Counted from the first letter of the stretch, positions 20,374-30,739 are shown. The stretch is DNA of 64,000 bases from Candidatus Saccharibacteria bacterium UBA6824 (GCA_002452155.1 DKEK01000002.1:85750-149749), one strand, 5' to 3'. Translations and numbers: made by a program. The notes: generated by a model from the letters alone, not told the origin.

Positions 20374-20874
20374 ATGGAATTCAATCACGAATCATCAAGC
20401 CATGAAGCATCGCAGGGAAGCCGTTGGTCAATTGTGGGCGGCGAATTTCAACCTAGCGATGACTTCCCAGATCTGGAAGAGATAGAAATAATCAAAGGTA
20501 GATCAGCGCAACACGCTGACGAAGAAGTACAGAACAGGGTTTTTTATACAGAGCTGCTGGTTTACGCCTTAAGGCATGTTAATCCAGCACTTATAAATGT
20601 GTCCGTCCCCGAAAAAATTGTCATAAAAAGCCTGATAGACGAAATGGCTGACGCTATGTACCATCTCGGTGAAATGCACCGCAAGCAAGATGTAAAGAAG
20701 ATAGCTGAAGGGGCGATAGACGAACCAATGAACGGGGCAAAGGAGGTCCCGGTCATGCAAGCGCTACGAAGAATGCAAGAAGCCGGTGCTATAGATTACG
20801 ATACTCGCACTGTTTTGGATGCTGTTGTAAGGGCGGTACATATAAAACAAAGCGCCAAACAGCCTGTAGAATAA
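20374..20874 (+). CDS. Hypothetical protein
   Basis: 166-aa ORF filling the gap; no motif recognised. Confidence 0.6.
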   Translation: MEFNHESSSHEASQGSRWSIVGGEFQPSDDFPDLEEIEIIKGRSAQHADEEVQNRVFYTELLVYALRHVNPALINVSVPEKIVIKSLIDEMADAMYHLGEMHRKQDVKKIAEGAIDEPMNGAKEVPVMQALRRMQEAGAIDYDTRTVLDAVVRAVHIKQSAKQPVE

Positions 20875-20878
20875 TCCT

Positions 20879-21448
20879 ATGGCGTTTGAAGATTATAAAA
20901 CCAAGGACTCGGTAGTAGTCGTTTATACAGGGGAAGGCAAGGGCAAAACCAGTGCCAGTGTGGGGCTGATGGCTAGGGCGCTGGGCAGCGGTTGGAGGGT
21001 GGCCTTTATCCAGTTCATTAAGCACTGGAATGTCGGCGAGCATGATTTTATACACCAGATCCAGCCGCTTTATAAGCGCAAGCTGCTGTTTTATAAAGGC
21101 GGCAAAGGTTTTTACGACGCCGGCGACCTCAGCGCTAAAGACGTCACGCCGGCCCAGCACAAGCAGGCAGCCCAAGACACTTACAAAAAAGCTCTGGCTG
21201 CGGCCACCAGCGGCAAGTTCGATTTGGTCATTTGTGACGAGATAAACAACGCTGTTAATCACAAGCTGGTCAGCAAAAAACAACTGGTGAATTTGATTTC
21301 TAAACGAACGCCAAAAACCAGTTTGTGTTTGACCGGCCGTGATTTCCCCAAAGACTTACTGCCAAAAGCCGATATTGCCACCAACATGACCAAGCTCCGC
21401 CACCACTTCGACAAAAAATACCTAGCCAACAAAGGAATAGATTTCTGA
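20879..21448 (+). CDS. cobO: Cob(I)yrinic acid a,c-diamide adenosyltransferase (CobO/BtuR family)
   Basis: VYTGEGKGKTSAS.G, IQFIK, DLVICDEI, LTGR, KGIDF. Confidence 0.9.
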   Translation: MAFEDYKTKDSVVVVYTGEGKGKTSASVGLMARALGSGWRVAFIQFIKHWNVGEHDFIHQIQPLYKRKLLFYKGGKGFYDAGDLSAKDVTPAQHKQAAQDTYKKALAAATSGKFDLVICDEINNAVNHKLVSKKQLVNLISKRTPKTSLCLTGRDFPKDLLPKADIATNMTKLRHHFDKKYLANKGIDF

Positions 21449-21489
21449 CCCAAGAAAACCAGCCACACCGGAATCTTGTCTTTTGGTGG

Positions 21490-22026
21490 TTGGTCTTTTT
21501 AGTGCTTTTGGGTATCGCCACTTATTTCGGGCTGAGGTTGAGCCATCTGGAACTAAAGTTCCAGTCACCTCAACCGGGGCTTTATAGGGTAGTAAAGTTT
21601 GACGATGGCGACACCATCGAGGTTGATATGAACGGCACGACCGAGACTATTAGATTCATCGGCGTTGATACCCCAGAAACCCATAAACCGAATACGCCCA
21701 TCCAGTGCTACGGCCCGGAAGCCAGCGCCTATACGAAGCGGCTGATCGGCAACCAAAAAGTCCGCCTGCAGGCCGACCCATTGAACACCAACCGCGACCG
21801 CTATAACCGACTGCTACGCTATGTATATTTACCCGACGGCACGCTGGTTGAACAGAACCTAATCATGGGCGGCTACGGCTTTGCTTATACTTATTTCCCC
21901 TCGAGCAAAAACGCTGAATTTAGCGCTTATGAGCAACAGGCCAAGATCGCCGGCAAGGGGCTATGGTCAGCCTGCCAAGTGACGGTTGAAGCTAACGGCG
22001 TGAAACAAACTAACGCCGCGCCCTAG
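21490..22026 (+). CDS. Thermonuclease (SNase-like), membrane anchored
   Basis: DGDTI, IRFIGVDTPE, DRYNRLLRYV, GLW. Confidence 0.93.
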   Translation: MVFLVLLGIATYFGLRLSHLELKFQSPQPGLYRVVKFDDGDTIEVDMNGTTETIRFIGVDTPETHKPNTPIQCYGPEASAYTKRLIGNQKVRLQADPLNTNRDRYNRLLRYVYLPDGTLVEQNLIMGGYGFAYTYFPSSKNAEFSAYEQQAKIAGKGLWSACQVTVEANGVKQTNAAP

Positions 22027-22810
22027 CTTCGCGCCGCTGCAGTAGCCAGTCGTCGAGGGCCGCCAGAGGGTAAACCGCAAGCACCCCCGCCCACTGCAGG
22101 CAAAAGAGCGCTGTGCGGACTATATTGGTGCGGTGATAAAAAGTCCGGATGGAACGCAGTTGATAAGAAATGTGGTAGGCGAATGTGGTGTGCATCGCCC
22201 GAAAGGATACACCAACTAAATTGTTGGCTATATAGCCAATCTTGCCGTGCTGGTTCAGGCAAAAGGCCAGGTCGTAATCTTCCCAAATGTCGGGCCGCAT
22301 CATAACTTTATTTTTAATTTTGTGCCAACCGCCGGCGCGGATAGCACAATTAGACCCCCAAAGCAGCCTATGGCCGGCGACTAGGCCGGCCACGTAAATA
22401 TAGCCATGGAAGATAGCCGAGCCAAGCCATTTCATCGGTACGTCATAAGGATCAGCGCCGCCGGTAACTGCCACTAGTTTGGGGTCATCCACGAAGGCCT
22501 CTGTAACTTTTTCACTCCAGTCGGTTGGCAAAACGCTGTCGGCGTCAATGCGGCCCAAAATATCGCCTTTGGCCCCGTTAAAGCCGGTTGCTTGGGCAAA
22601 CACCTGGTGCTGCTGCGGTTCGTGAAGGATAGTTACAAAACTATACTTAGCAGCCACCTCAACTGTTTTATCGGTTGAATTATTGTCAACTACAATCACT
22701 TCGTCCGGTTTTTGGGTCTGGGCGGCAATACTGTCCAGGCAGGCGCCGATGTAGCGCTCTTCGTTGTAGGCTGGTATAACTATACTAAGCGTAAGCGCAG
22801 ATTTGCTCAT
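22010..22810 (-). CDS. Glycosyltransferase family 2
   Basis: SIVIPAYNEE, VVDNNSTD, RIDAD, WED; start ATG 22810. Confidence 0.92.
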   Translation of the reverse strand: MSKSALTLSIVIPAYNEERYIGACLDSIAAQTQKPDEVIVVDNNSTDKTVEVAAKYSFVTILHEPQQHQVFAQATGFNGAKGDILGRIDADSVLPTDWSEKVTEAFVDDPKLVAVTGGADPYDVPMKWLGSAIFHGYIYVAGLVAGHRLLWGSNCAIRAGGWHKIKNKVMMRPDIWEDYDLAFCLNQHGKIGYIANNLVGVSFRAMHTTFAYHISYQLRSIRTFYHRTNIVRTALFCLQWAGVLAVYPLAALDDWLLQRREARARR

Positions 22811-22837
22811 ATCAGTTAATAAATAGAATAGCAGTTC

Positions 22838-23944
22838 ATGGCTGATCGAAGGTTGACTTTTCACAAAATCCGAAGCTATTTATGGCCGGCTTCCATCTGG
22901 AAGCGGGCTTTAGTTGCCTTGCTGGTGATAGTTATTTCGTCTACCGCCGCCAGCTACGCCGTCGCCCAGTGGTACATTGCTGAGCACGATAACGAGCCAC
23001 TGATACTCGGTACAACTTTTGTATCTGATTATGCCCAGAACTTTGGCCTGGACCCTAAAGACACGCTTAAGGCGATTTTGGGTGATTTAAAAGTCAAGCA
23101 GGTAAGGCTGGTGAGTTACTGGAACCAGATAGAACCAGCCCCTGGCCAATACGACTTTTCGAACTTGGACTGGCAGTTCGCCATGGCTAACCAATATGGC
23201 GCCAGAGTTAGCTTGGCTATTGGCCTGCGCCAGCCGCGCTGGCCAGAATGCCACGAGCCAAGCTGGATTCATGTTTCTAACACCAATAAAAGCGATTGGC
23301 AACCGCAACTTTATAGCTACATGAAGGCAGTTATTGAGCGTTATAAGCCCAACCCGGCTCTAGTCAGTTATGAGCTAGAGAATGAATTCTTTATGACGGT
23401 TTTTGGCGAGTGCAAGGACTTTGACCGTAGCCGCCTGGTCACCGAATTCAAAATGGTCAAAGCTTGGGATCCGGGCCGGCCGGTGATCATCAGCCGCAGC
23501 AATAACTGGGTCGGCGTACCGGTGCGCCAGCCGACACCAGACCAGTTTGGTGTATCCGTCTATAAGCGAGTTTGGGACAAAACTCTGACACACCGTTATT
23601 TTGAGTACCCATTGCCAGCCTGGTTTTACGCCAGCTTGGCCGGCTGGGAACAGATGATTAGCGGCAAAGACATGATTATCCACGAACTGCAAGCCGAACC
23701 GTGGCCGCCCACCGATATCCAACAGGCATCACTGCAAGAACAATACAAATCAATGGACGCACCGAGGCTGAAAGACCGGATAGCTTATGGCAAAGCAACG
23801 GGCATGCGGACCATCGATTTATGGGGCGCCGAGTGGTGGTACTGGGTCAAAACCACGCATAATGACCCCAGCGTTTGGAATGTCGTCAAGCAGGCCGTAT
23901 CGGAGGCTGAAGTTCAAAATCAAAAGCTACCAATAAAGCATTAA
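22838..23944 (+). CDS. Membrane-anchored clan GH-A glycoside hydrolase
   Basis: YWNQIEPAPGQYDF, PRWPECH, LENE (acid/base), HELQAEPW, LWGAEWWY. Confidence 0.8.
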   Translation: MADRRLTFHKIRSYLWPASIWKRALVALLVIVISSTAASYAVAQWYIAEHDNEPLILGTTFVSDYAQNFGLDPKDTLKAILGDLKVKQVRLVSYWNQIEPAPGQYDFSNLDWQFAMANQYGARVSLAIGLRQPRWPECHEPSWIHVSNTNKSDWQPQLYSYMKAVIERYKPNPALVSYELENEFFMTVFGECKDFDRSRLVTEFKMVKAWDPGRPVIISRSNNWVGVPVRQPTPDQFGVSVYKRVWDKTLTHRYFEYPLPAWFYASLAGWEQMISGKDMIIHELQAEPWPPTDIQQASLQEQYKSMDAPRLKDRIAYGKATGMRTIDLWGAEWWYWVKTTHNDPSVWNVVKQAVSEAEVQNQKLPIKH

Positions 23945-23962
23945 CAGGGGTAAACTAGCGGT

Positions 23963-24418
23963 ATGGCTAAGAAGCCTAAGACTACCGGAAATATAGTCAA
24001 CAAAAGAGCCCGCTTTGATTATGAGCTGGGCGATTCTTTAGTGGTGGGCATTTCCTTGACCGGTGCCGAGACTAAGGCGCTACGGATGGGCCACGGCCAG
24101 CTGCACGGCGCTTACGTAACAGACAAGAATGGCGAATTGTGGCTGATCAATGCCCAAATTACGGGTGATAGGGGCATCCCAATAGACGAGCAGGCGAAGA
24201 CCCGCAGCCGTAAGCTGCTGGCCAAACGCGCCGAGATCGACAAGCTGCTGGCGGCCAAGAGCCGCGGCCTGACAATCGTGCCGCTGCAAGTCTTAAATAA
24301 GGGCCGCTATATTAAGCTCAAGATTGCCCAGGGGCGCGGCAAAAAGCGCTACGATAAGCGCGAAGTTCTCAAGCGCCGCCAACAGGAGAGGGAAGCCGCC
24401 CGCTTCAGCGAACTGTAA
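23963..24418 (+). CDS. smpB: SsrA-binding protein
   Basis: NKRARFDY, GISLTGAETKALR, RKLL, GRGKKRYDKRE. Confidence 0.96.
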   Translation: MAKKPKTTGNIVNKRARFDYELGDSLVVGISLTGAETKALRMGHGQLHGAYVTDKNGELWLINAQITGDRGIPIDEQAKTRSRKLLAKRAEIDKLLAAKSRGLTIVPLQVLNKGRYIKLKIAQGRGKKRYDKREVLKRRQQEREAARFSEL

Positions 24419-24467
24419 TTTCTACACTGTTTCGAGTTTAATTTAGAGCGTAAAATAAGATATAGAT

Positions 24468-24701
24468 ATGCGGGATGATGATTACGAGGGAGCGCTTCTA
24501 GAGGAAATTAAAGACCAGAATAAGGCTGTCTTAGAAGCCGTTGGTATGATAAAAGAGCAAGTAAAGCAATTGCCAACGCGCGATGAATTTAATGCGCTAA
24601 AAGAAGACGTAAGAACGATTAAAACCGTAGTCACCGATATGAATCACGACATTAAAGACTACGATCGTCGCATCACCCGGCTGGAAGAAGCTAAAGTCTA
24701 A
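24468..24701 (+). CDS. Small coiled-coil hypothetical protein
   Basis: Heptad pattern ending RRITRLE. Confidence 0.7.
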   Translation: MRDDDYEGALLEEIKDQNKAVLEAVGMIKEQVKQLPTRDEFNALKEDVRTIKTVVTDMNHDIKDYDRRITRLEEAKV

Positions 24702-24710
24702 AATATTCCT

Positions 24711-25508
24711 ATGCTCAAAATCTATTCCTGGAATGTGAATGGCATCCGGGCAGTAGTGCGCAAAGGTGCGCTACAGGCTTTCATGGCCAAACATAAGCCG
24801 GACATTTTGGCGCTGCAAGAGACCAAAGCCCGGCAAGGTCAGGCCGAGATTGATTTTAAGGGCTACGAAGAATATTGGGATTCAGCGGCCAAGGCGGGCT
24901 ACTCGGGTACGGCCATATTTACTAAAAAAAAACCGACAAAAATTATTAACGGACTGCCCAAAGATATCGTCAATCGATATAAGGTCCATGGCGATATCTA
25001 TGGCGACCCGAATAAAGAAGGGCGAGTGATTACAGCCGAGTTTGAAAAATTTTATTTAGTGAATGTCTATACTATAAATATTAAAGATGACTTAAGCCGT
25101 CTAAAAATCAGGCAAGCTTGGGATAAAGCCTTCTTGGCTTATATGCAAGCCCTGGAGAAGCATAAGCCGGTTATTTTTACCGGCGACCTCAATGTGGCTC
25201 ACACCGAAGATGATCTGGCCCGGCCCAAGGAAAACGTCGGCAAACGCGGTTTTACTAACGAAGAAAGGGCAGGCTTCCAAAATATCATCGACCACGGCTT
25301 TGTGGACACGTTCCGTATTTTCACTAGCGGCAATGGCCATTACAGTTGGTGGACCCATTGGGCCAATGCCCGGGCCCGTAACGTTGGCTGGCGGATTGAT
25401 TATTTCCTAGCTTCAAAATCCTTGAAACCGATAATTAAAAAAGCCCAAATCCACGCCGATATCATGGGCTCGGACCACGCCCCGGTTAGTCTTACGCTGG
25501 ACCTTTAG
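24711..25508 (+). CDS. xth: Exodeoxyribonuclease III
   Basis: SWNVNGIRA, LQETK, GDLNVAH, GWRIDYF, GSDHAP. Confidence 0.96.
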   Translation: MLKIYSWNVNGIRAVVRKGALQAFMAKHKPDILALQETKARQGQAEIDFKGYEEYWDSAAKAGYSGTAIFTKKKPTKIINGLPKDIVNRYKVHGDIYGDPNKEGRVITAEFEKFYLVNVYTINIKDDLSRLKIRQAWDKAFLAYMQALEKHKPVIFTGDLNVAHTEDDLARPKENVGKRGFTNEERAGFQNIIDHGFVDTFRIFTSGNGHYSWWTHWANARARNVGWRIDYFLASKSLKPIIKKAQIHADIMGSDHAPVSLTLDL

Positions 25509-25509
25509 T

Positions 25510-26070
25510 ATGCAGGTGCATATAATCGACGGCTGGTCAGAAGGCCCCCGGCATATGGCCGCGCTAGAGCAGGAGCTGTCACGGGCCGGCTTTAGCCTGA
25601 GCCAGGATAAAACAAAGGCCGACGTGATTATCGCTCATTCGGCAGGCTGGTACTTTCTGCCAAAAGATGACTCTAGCAAACTGATCGCTCATATCAACCC
25701 TCCGTATTGGCCTAATAGGCCAATATTGCTGGGGATGATCCGTAATGTGCTACTCGATATCCCCATGCAGCTCCGAAGCTGGGGCTGGAAAAGGCTGGCC
25801 GTCCACCGCCTGAAAAATATTTTTTATATTTTTATCCACCCGCTGCGGGGCCTCAGGATTTGGCGATCGCTCAAATCGGCTTTAGTCGAAAAAGATAAAA
25901 ACAAGAGAGTTTTAATTATGAGAAATAAAAGGGATTGCTTTTGCTCGCCAGAAATTAAAAGTTACCTAAAGTCAGTTAAAGGGGTGAAGATAGTTGAACT
26001 TCCAGGGTTGCACGAAGACTGCTGGTTCAACCCCAAACCGTATGTCGATTTGATCCTCAAAGAACTATAA
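25510..26070 (+). CDS. Divergent alpha/beta-hydrolase-like protein
   Basis: IIAHSAG nucleophile elbow, D, LPGLHED. Confidence 0.55.
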   Translation: MQVHIIDGWSEGPRHMAALEQELSRAGFSLSQDKTKADVIIAHSAGWYFLPKDDSSKLIAHINPPYWPNRPILLGMIRNVLLDIPMQLRSWGWKRLAVHRLKNIFYIFIHPLRGLRIWRSLKSALVEKDKNKRVLIMRNKRDCFCSPEIKSYLKSVKGVKIVELPGLHEDCWFNPKPYVDLILKEL

Positions 26071-26077
26071 TTAAGCT

Positions 26078-26812
26078 ATGGCAAAGCAAGCCGGGAGACC
26101 ATTCGCTGTTTTTGATATCGACGGCACGTTAATACGCTGGCAGCTGTATCATGCCATCGCCGAAGCTTTGGCCAAGCGTGGCCATATCGACGCAAGGACG
26201 CACCAAAAAATCAGGGATGCCCGGATGGTTTGGAAAATGCGCGCCCACGGTGAAGCCTTTGGGGCTTATCAAAGCGAACTGGTTACTGTTTACGAAAAAT
26301 TGCTGCTGGATCTACGCGTTAAGCAATTTAACAAAGCTGTCCAAGCCGTTTTTGATGAATACAAAGACCAGGTTTATATCTATACCCGCGAACTGATTAA
26401 GAAACTCAAAAAAGACGGCTATTTGCTGTTTGCAATTTCTGGCTCGCAAGTAGAAATTGTCAGTAAAATTGCCAAATATTACGGCTTTGACGACTGCATC
26501 GGTACAATCTACGAGCACCAAAATGATAAATTTACCGGGGCGGTGACCATTCATTTGGGCGGCAAGCACTTGGTCCTTCAGGAACTGATAGACAAACACC
26601 AGGCGACCATGGCCGGCAGCATCGCCGTTGGCGACGGCGCCAGCGATATTTCTATGCTGGAAATGGTGGAGAAACCAATTGCCTTTAACCCGGAAAAGAA
26701 GCTGCTCGATTACGCCAAGGGTAAAGACTGGAAGGTGGTTATTGAGCGTAAAAATATGGTCTATGAGCTAGAAAAGCGAGATGGCAGATACATACTGGCT
26801 AAAACAAACTAG
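26078..26812 (+). CDS. HAD-IB (SerB-like) phosphatase
   Basis: FDIDGTL, ISGS, AVGDGASD, FNP. Confidence 0.9.
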   Translation: MAKQAGRPFAVFDIDGTLIRWQLYHAIAEALAKRGHIDARTHQKIRDARMVWKMRAHGEAFGAYQSELVTVYEKLLLDLRVKQFNKAVQAVFDEYKDQVYIYTRELIKKLKKDGYLLFAISGSQVEIVSKIAKYYGFDDCIGTIYEHQNDKFTGAVTIHLGGKHLVLQELIDKHQATMAGSIAVGDGASDISMLEMVEKPIAFNPEKKLLDYAKGKDWKVVIERKNMVYELEKRDGRYILAKTN

Positions 26813-27563
26813 GGACAAGCCGCTTTTCGAGGATCTGCTGTGGAGCCGACCGGAAAATAAGCGCCACGGTGGCAAACTACTGATTGTCGGCGGCAACCTG
26901 CATGGCTTTGCGGCGCCGGGCAGCGCCTACGGCGTTGCTGGGAAGGCCGGCATTGGCACGGCGCGCGTGCTATTGCCTGACAAATTGCAAAAAACCGTCG
27001 GTAAGCTCATCCCAGAGGCCGAATTCGCGCCGAGCACCTTAAGCGGTAGTTTTAGCAAAATGGCGTTGGCACAGCTGCTGGAAGCCGCCGAGTGGGCTGA
27101 TGGTGTACTACTGGCCGGTGACTTCGGCCGTAACTCCGAGACCACCATCTTGCTTGACAGTTTTATTTCTAAATACCAAGGATTGCTAAATCTCGCCGGC
27201 GACAGTATAGACTACTTAATAAACAGTGGAGATGATCCATTCCGCCGTTATAACTTTGTTATAACGGCGGACATTGGAAGCTTGCAGAAATTAGCTAGAC
27301 CGACAGTCATTAAACATGGCTTTGACTTATTGATGATGGTCAACGTATTAGGCGAGTTGACCGCGACAATCGACGCTCAGATTATAACCAAGCACGCCGA
27401 TAATTTTATTGTCGCCAGCGGCGGGCAGGTCAGCACCACGCCGGCACCCAAAGAAAGCCGCTGGCAGACTGAACTGCCGGCTTACACTAGCGTCTGGTGG
27501 CTCCAACAACCCCAAAAAGGCTTCGAAGCTATAACTAGTGCTGTTTACGAATACTTGAATTAA
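26781..27563 (+). CDS. Divergent NAD(P)HX dehydratase (NnrD/YjeF-C)-like protein
   Basis: RPENKRHGGKLLIVGG...AGIG; C-terminal ATP-binding motif not evident. Confidence 0.7.
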   Translation: MADTYWLKQTRDKPLFEDLLWSRPENKRHGGKLLIVGGNLHGFAAPGSAYGVAGKAGIGTARVLLPDKLQKTVGKLIPEAEFAPSTLSGSFSKMALAQLLEAAEWADGVLLAGDFGRNSETTILLDSFISKYQGLLNLAGDSIDYLINSGDDPFRRYNFVITADIGSLQKLARPTVIKHGFDLLMMVNVLGELTATIDAQIITKHADNFIVASGGQVSTTPAPKESRWQTELPAYTSVWWLQQPQKGFEAITSAVYEYLN

Positions 27564-27564
27564 A

Positions 27565-27651
27565 TGGTGCCGGGAGAGAGAATCGAACTCTCACATCCTT
27601 GCGGACACGGGATTTTGAGTCCCGCGCGTCTACCAATTCCGCCATCCCGGC
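27565..27651 (-). tRNA. tRNA-Leu(CAA)
   Basis: GCCGGGA/TCCCGGC acceptor, CT-CAA-AA loop, long variable arm, TTCGATT, encoded CCA. Confidence 0.97.
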
Positions 27652-27791
27652 ACACTGCAGCTACAGAGGTATTGTACAATAAAGCTTAGTTTGCTTCATG
27701 GATCCCGTTAGAACCCAAAAGACCTACAATATAGATATGCGGCTTGAAACATGTACGCGTATTCGAACGTTCACTTATGGTTATAAGTTAA

Positions 27792-29030
27792 GTGGGTTCT
27801 AACGGGATGGATGAAGATAACAAGAATGACCAGTTTGATGCGGCGCTGCCGCTGCCGGTGGGGGATCAACCTCGTCCCGGCGGCCCGCCACCGCCTATGC
27901 CGGATGAGACCCTCAACCCGGCGGCTGATTTAATCCGCCAAAAAATTGAGGCGGCCTATGCAAGCGAGCCCAGTGTCAGCGCCGAAGCGGAGGTGGTTGA
28001 GCTAATAAGTCCGACGACGACGCTTTCCAAGCACCAGCAATTTGTCAATGCCCTAGTCAATTCCGGTAAATCGCTGGTAGAGACTCAAACCGCCTGGCAC
28101 GAATACTACCAAGGGCTCCCCGATGAGCAAAAACACGAGGTCTGGCGGGAATTTTATGCCATGCACGCCCAAACTTCCCAGTTTGCGGCCGCCACCGGCC
28201 AAGTGCCGAAGGCCGAGGCCCGTCCACATATAACGGCTGTACCCCAAGCCAAAGCACCGGTCAGCAAAACCTTGGGCGAGCTGCACTCGCACGTCTTAAA
28301 AAACGTTGCCAAAACTAAGGGCTACAAGCCGCCCAAGCACGTGCAGTCGCTGCTATTTGGTCTGGCAGCCGGCATAGGCGCAGTCCTTATTATTCTGTTT
28401 GGCTTTTTTAACGAGCGCTTTATCGCGCCATTTATCCAGCCCAGCCGGACCGTGACCAACACGCCCCTTATCAGCGACGCCGCAGCCATAGGCGCCGCGC
28501 CGGAAGTCATCATCCCCAAAATCAATGTCGAAATTCCGGTCGTTTATGGCGCCAACGCCGTGGACGAGTCGGCCATAGACGTGGCCCTGGAAGACGGTGT
28601 GGTGCACTACACGGGCACGGCTGTCCCGGGCCAAAACGGCAACGTGGCCATAGTCGGCCATTCCAGCAATAACATCTTCAATAAGGGCAGGTATAAATTT
28701 GCCTTTGTGCTGCTGAGCCGGCTGGAAAACGGCGATACATTTTATCTGCAAAAGGATGGCAAACGCTACACCTACCAAGTCTACCTAAAGGAGATTGTCG
28801 GCCCCGATAACGTATCGGTTTTGGGTCCGAGGGACAAGCCGGCGACAGCTACGCTCATCACCTGCGACCCCCCGGGTACCAGTATCAACCGACTGGTGGT
28901 CGTCGGCCAGCAAATAAGCCCCGACCTGGCCAGCAATAGCGGCGCGGCGGCAGACACACCGCAGGCCAGAATAATCCCCGGCAACTCGGAATCTCTTTGG
29001 CACCGCATCACGCACGCGCTATCGGGCTAA
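27792..29030 (+). CDS. Sortase with long N-terminal cytoplasmic extension
   Basis: IPKI, PGQNGN.AIVGHS, TLITC, NRLVV catalytic triad; central TM. Confidence 0.92.
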   Translation: MGSNGMDEDNKNDQFDAALPLPVGDQPRPGGPPPPMPDETLNPAADLIRQKIEAAYASEPSVSAEAEVVELISPTTTLSKHQQFVNALVNSGKSLVETQTAWHEYYQGLPDEQKHEVWREFYAMHAQTSQFAAATGQVPKAEARPHITAVPQAKAPVSKTLGELHSHVLKNVAKTKGYKPPKHVQSLLFGLAAGIGAVLIILFGFFNERFIAPFIQPSRTVTNTPLISDAAAIGAAPEVIIPKINVEIPVVYGANAVDESAIDVALEDGVVHYTGTAVPGQNGNVAIVGHSSNNIFNKGRYKFAFVLLSRLENGDTFYLQKDGKRYTYQVYLKEIVGPDNVSVLGPRDKPATATLITCDPPGTSINRLVVVGQQISPDLASNSGAAADTPQARIIPGNSESLWHRITHALSG

Positions 29031-29031
29031 A

Positions 29032-30516
29032 TCACGGCTTTGGTAAGTCTGTGCCGGCCCGCAGGTCAGTTCGCTGCAGGGCAACCCCGGCTTCCGTAGA
29101 GGCCAAGGAGAACAGCTGATTGTAATTTTTATCGAAAAATACAGCTAGTGGATCGATTGCCGGCAGCAGCATTTGCTGGTTAGTGGCGTCATAGTCCATG
29201 GCCAGTATTGAGCCGCCCGACAGGCCGATAAAACGGTAGCCATCCATCCAGTGCATCTCGCCCGAAAGTGGCGCAGACAGATTGTATTGGTAGCGTGAAG
29301 CATTTTCTATATCATAAACGCCAAATTTCTGGCCAGCCTCAACACCGATAAAGTGGGCTTTATCTGAAAAGCTCAGACTGCCTACGCCCGAATCGGGCAA
29401 GGCAATCAGCGGGATGGCCCTCTCCGTAGCCGGATCTTTTATGCCGCTTAAGGGGTCTTTATATATATTAATCCGGTCGGCGGTGTCGCTGCCGGCCACA
29501 TAGTACCAATGCCCCTGGAATTGGGCGGCGTCGAGGAAATATTTATTGCCGGCCGCAAAAGTATAAAGCGGGTAAGTCTTGCCATTTTCCCAGATACGGG
29601 CCATCACTTGGCCGGCAACCACGTTTTGGGCGGTCACATAGCTAAGCAGGTCCGGACCATAGCTGTTGTAGGCTAGTACGTCGCTAAGTAGCGGCTGGAG
29701 AGTGCCTTTACCTACATCACCAAGTGAAAGGCTATTATCGCTTTGCTTAAAGATATACAGTTGGTCAATTTTTTTATTGCGCAGACTCATCTTCGATGCC
29801 GCCACGCTGAAAGTTTGGCTAACATTGAGTGACGCCGCAGGGTCGGCGCGGTTAAAAATAATAAACTCATCGCCGCCGGGGTAGCTGTGCTTCAGCAGCA
29901 AATGGTTGTTATCACTAGCCCACTCGACGGCGCTTATGCTCTGGGGCGAACCACCATCTCCCAGGAGGGCCGCCGGCAGAACCAGTTGGACAGGGGGCTG
30001 GTCGGGCTTGCCGGTATCATACATATCAAAAACGACATTTTTGGGATCGGCGGCGGGAACCTGGGACAGGAGCCAGTGCTTATCGGGGCTCTGGGTAATA
30101 AGCTGGGGCTCGGAAGAATAGACTTTTAAGTTTTGGCTGGCCGGCTTGGCGGGGAATAAAAAAGGGTAGGTATAGCGGGCGATGCTGTGTTCGTTCAGGG
30201 TAAATCTGCGGTTCCAGTCACGATAGCCGGTTTTTTTTATGGACAGGTCATAACTGGCAGCCGGCAGTACCAGCCGGGCCGATGTTGTGCCTCCTTGAAA
30301 ATGACCATTTATGTAAATCGAGGCTCCGCCCGGTTTGGAATCGACGAACGCCAGGCCATTTTGGATCAGCGCGCCGGTCTTGGTATTAATGCCATAGCCG
30401 TTGGCGCCATAGACCAAAATTATGGACGTCAGGCCAATTGCAATGGCCGTCAAGCCGTAGCCAATCATTAGTCTAATATTGTGCTGGTGCCGCTTCCGCG
30501 GGTCTAAAAAGTCCAC
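29032..30516 (-). CDS. PEGA-domain membrane-anchored protein (probable beta-propeller C-terminus)
   Basis: TM; VDSKPGGASIYING..YDLSIKKTGYRDW. Confidence 0.85.
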   Translation of the reverse strand: MDFLDPRKRHQHNIRLMIGYGLTAIAIGLTSIILVYGANGYGINTKTGALIQNGLAFVDSKPGGASIYINGHFQGGTTSARLVLPAASYDLSIKKTGYRDWNRRFTLNEHSIARYTYPFLFPAKPASQNLKVYSSEPQLITQSPDKHWLLSQVPAADPKNVVFDMYDTGKPDQPPVQLVLPAALLGDGGSPQSISAVEWASDNNHLLLKHSYPGGDEFIIFNRADPAASLNVSQTFSVAASKMSLRNKKIDQLYIFKQSDNSLSLGDVGKGTLQPLLSDVLAYNSYGPDLLSYVTAQNVVAGQVMARIWENGKTYPLYTFAAGNKYFLDAAQFQGHWYYVAGSDTADRINIYKDPLSGIKDPATERAIPLIALPDSGVGSLSFSDKAHFIGVEAGQKFGVYDIENASRYQYNLSAPLSGEMHWMDGYRFIGLSGGSILAMDYDATNQQMLLPAIDPLAVFFDKNYNQLFSLASTEAGVALQRTDLRAGTDLPKP

Positions 30517-30540
30517 AGGCTTTAGTTTACACCTAAAGCC

Positions 30541-30656
30541 GTTTACGATTCACCGTTCACCTTTCACCGTGCGTTACCCGTTTACCGTTATCCATGATCA
30601 ATGATCAATGGCTAGTGGTAAATGTATGGTAAATAGTAAATGGAAAATGGTTAATG
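30541..30656. repeat. Inverted array of 7-bp tandem repeats
   Basis: (NTTYACC)n left arm versus (ATGGTAA)n right arm around ATGATCA ATGATCA. Confidence 0.75.
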
Positions 30657-30739
30657 ACCCCTTGTGCATAAGCATCTTGCACAATTTATTTATTCGGAGT
30701 AATATGGAATTTATACCACATTAGGGGTAACTGGATTTA

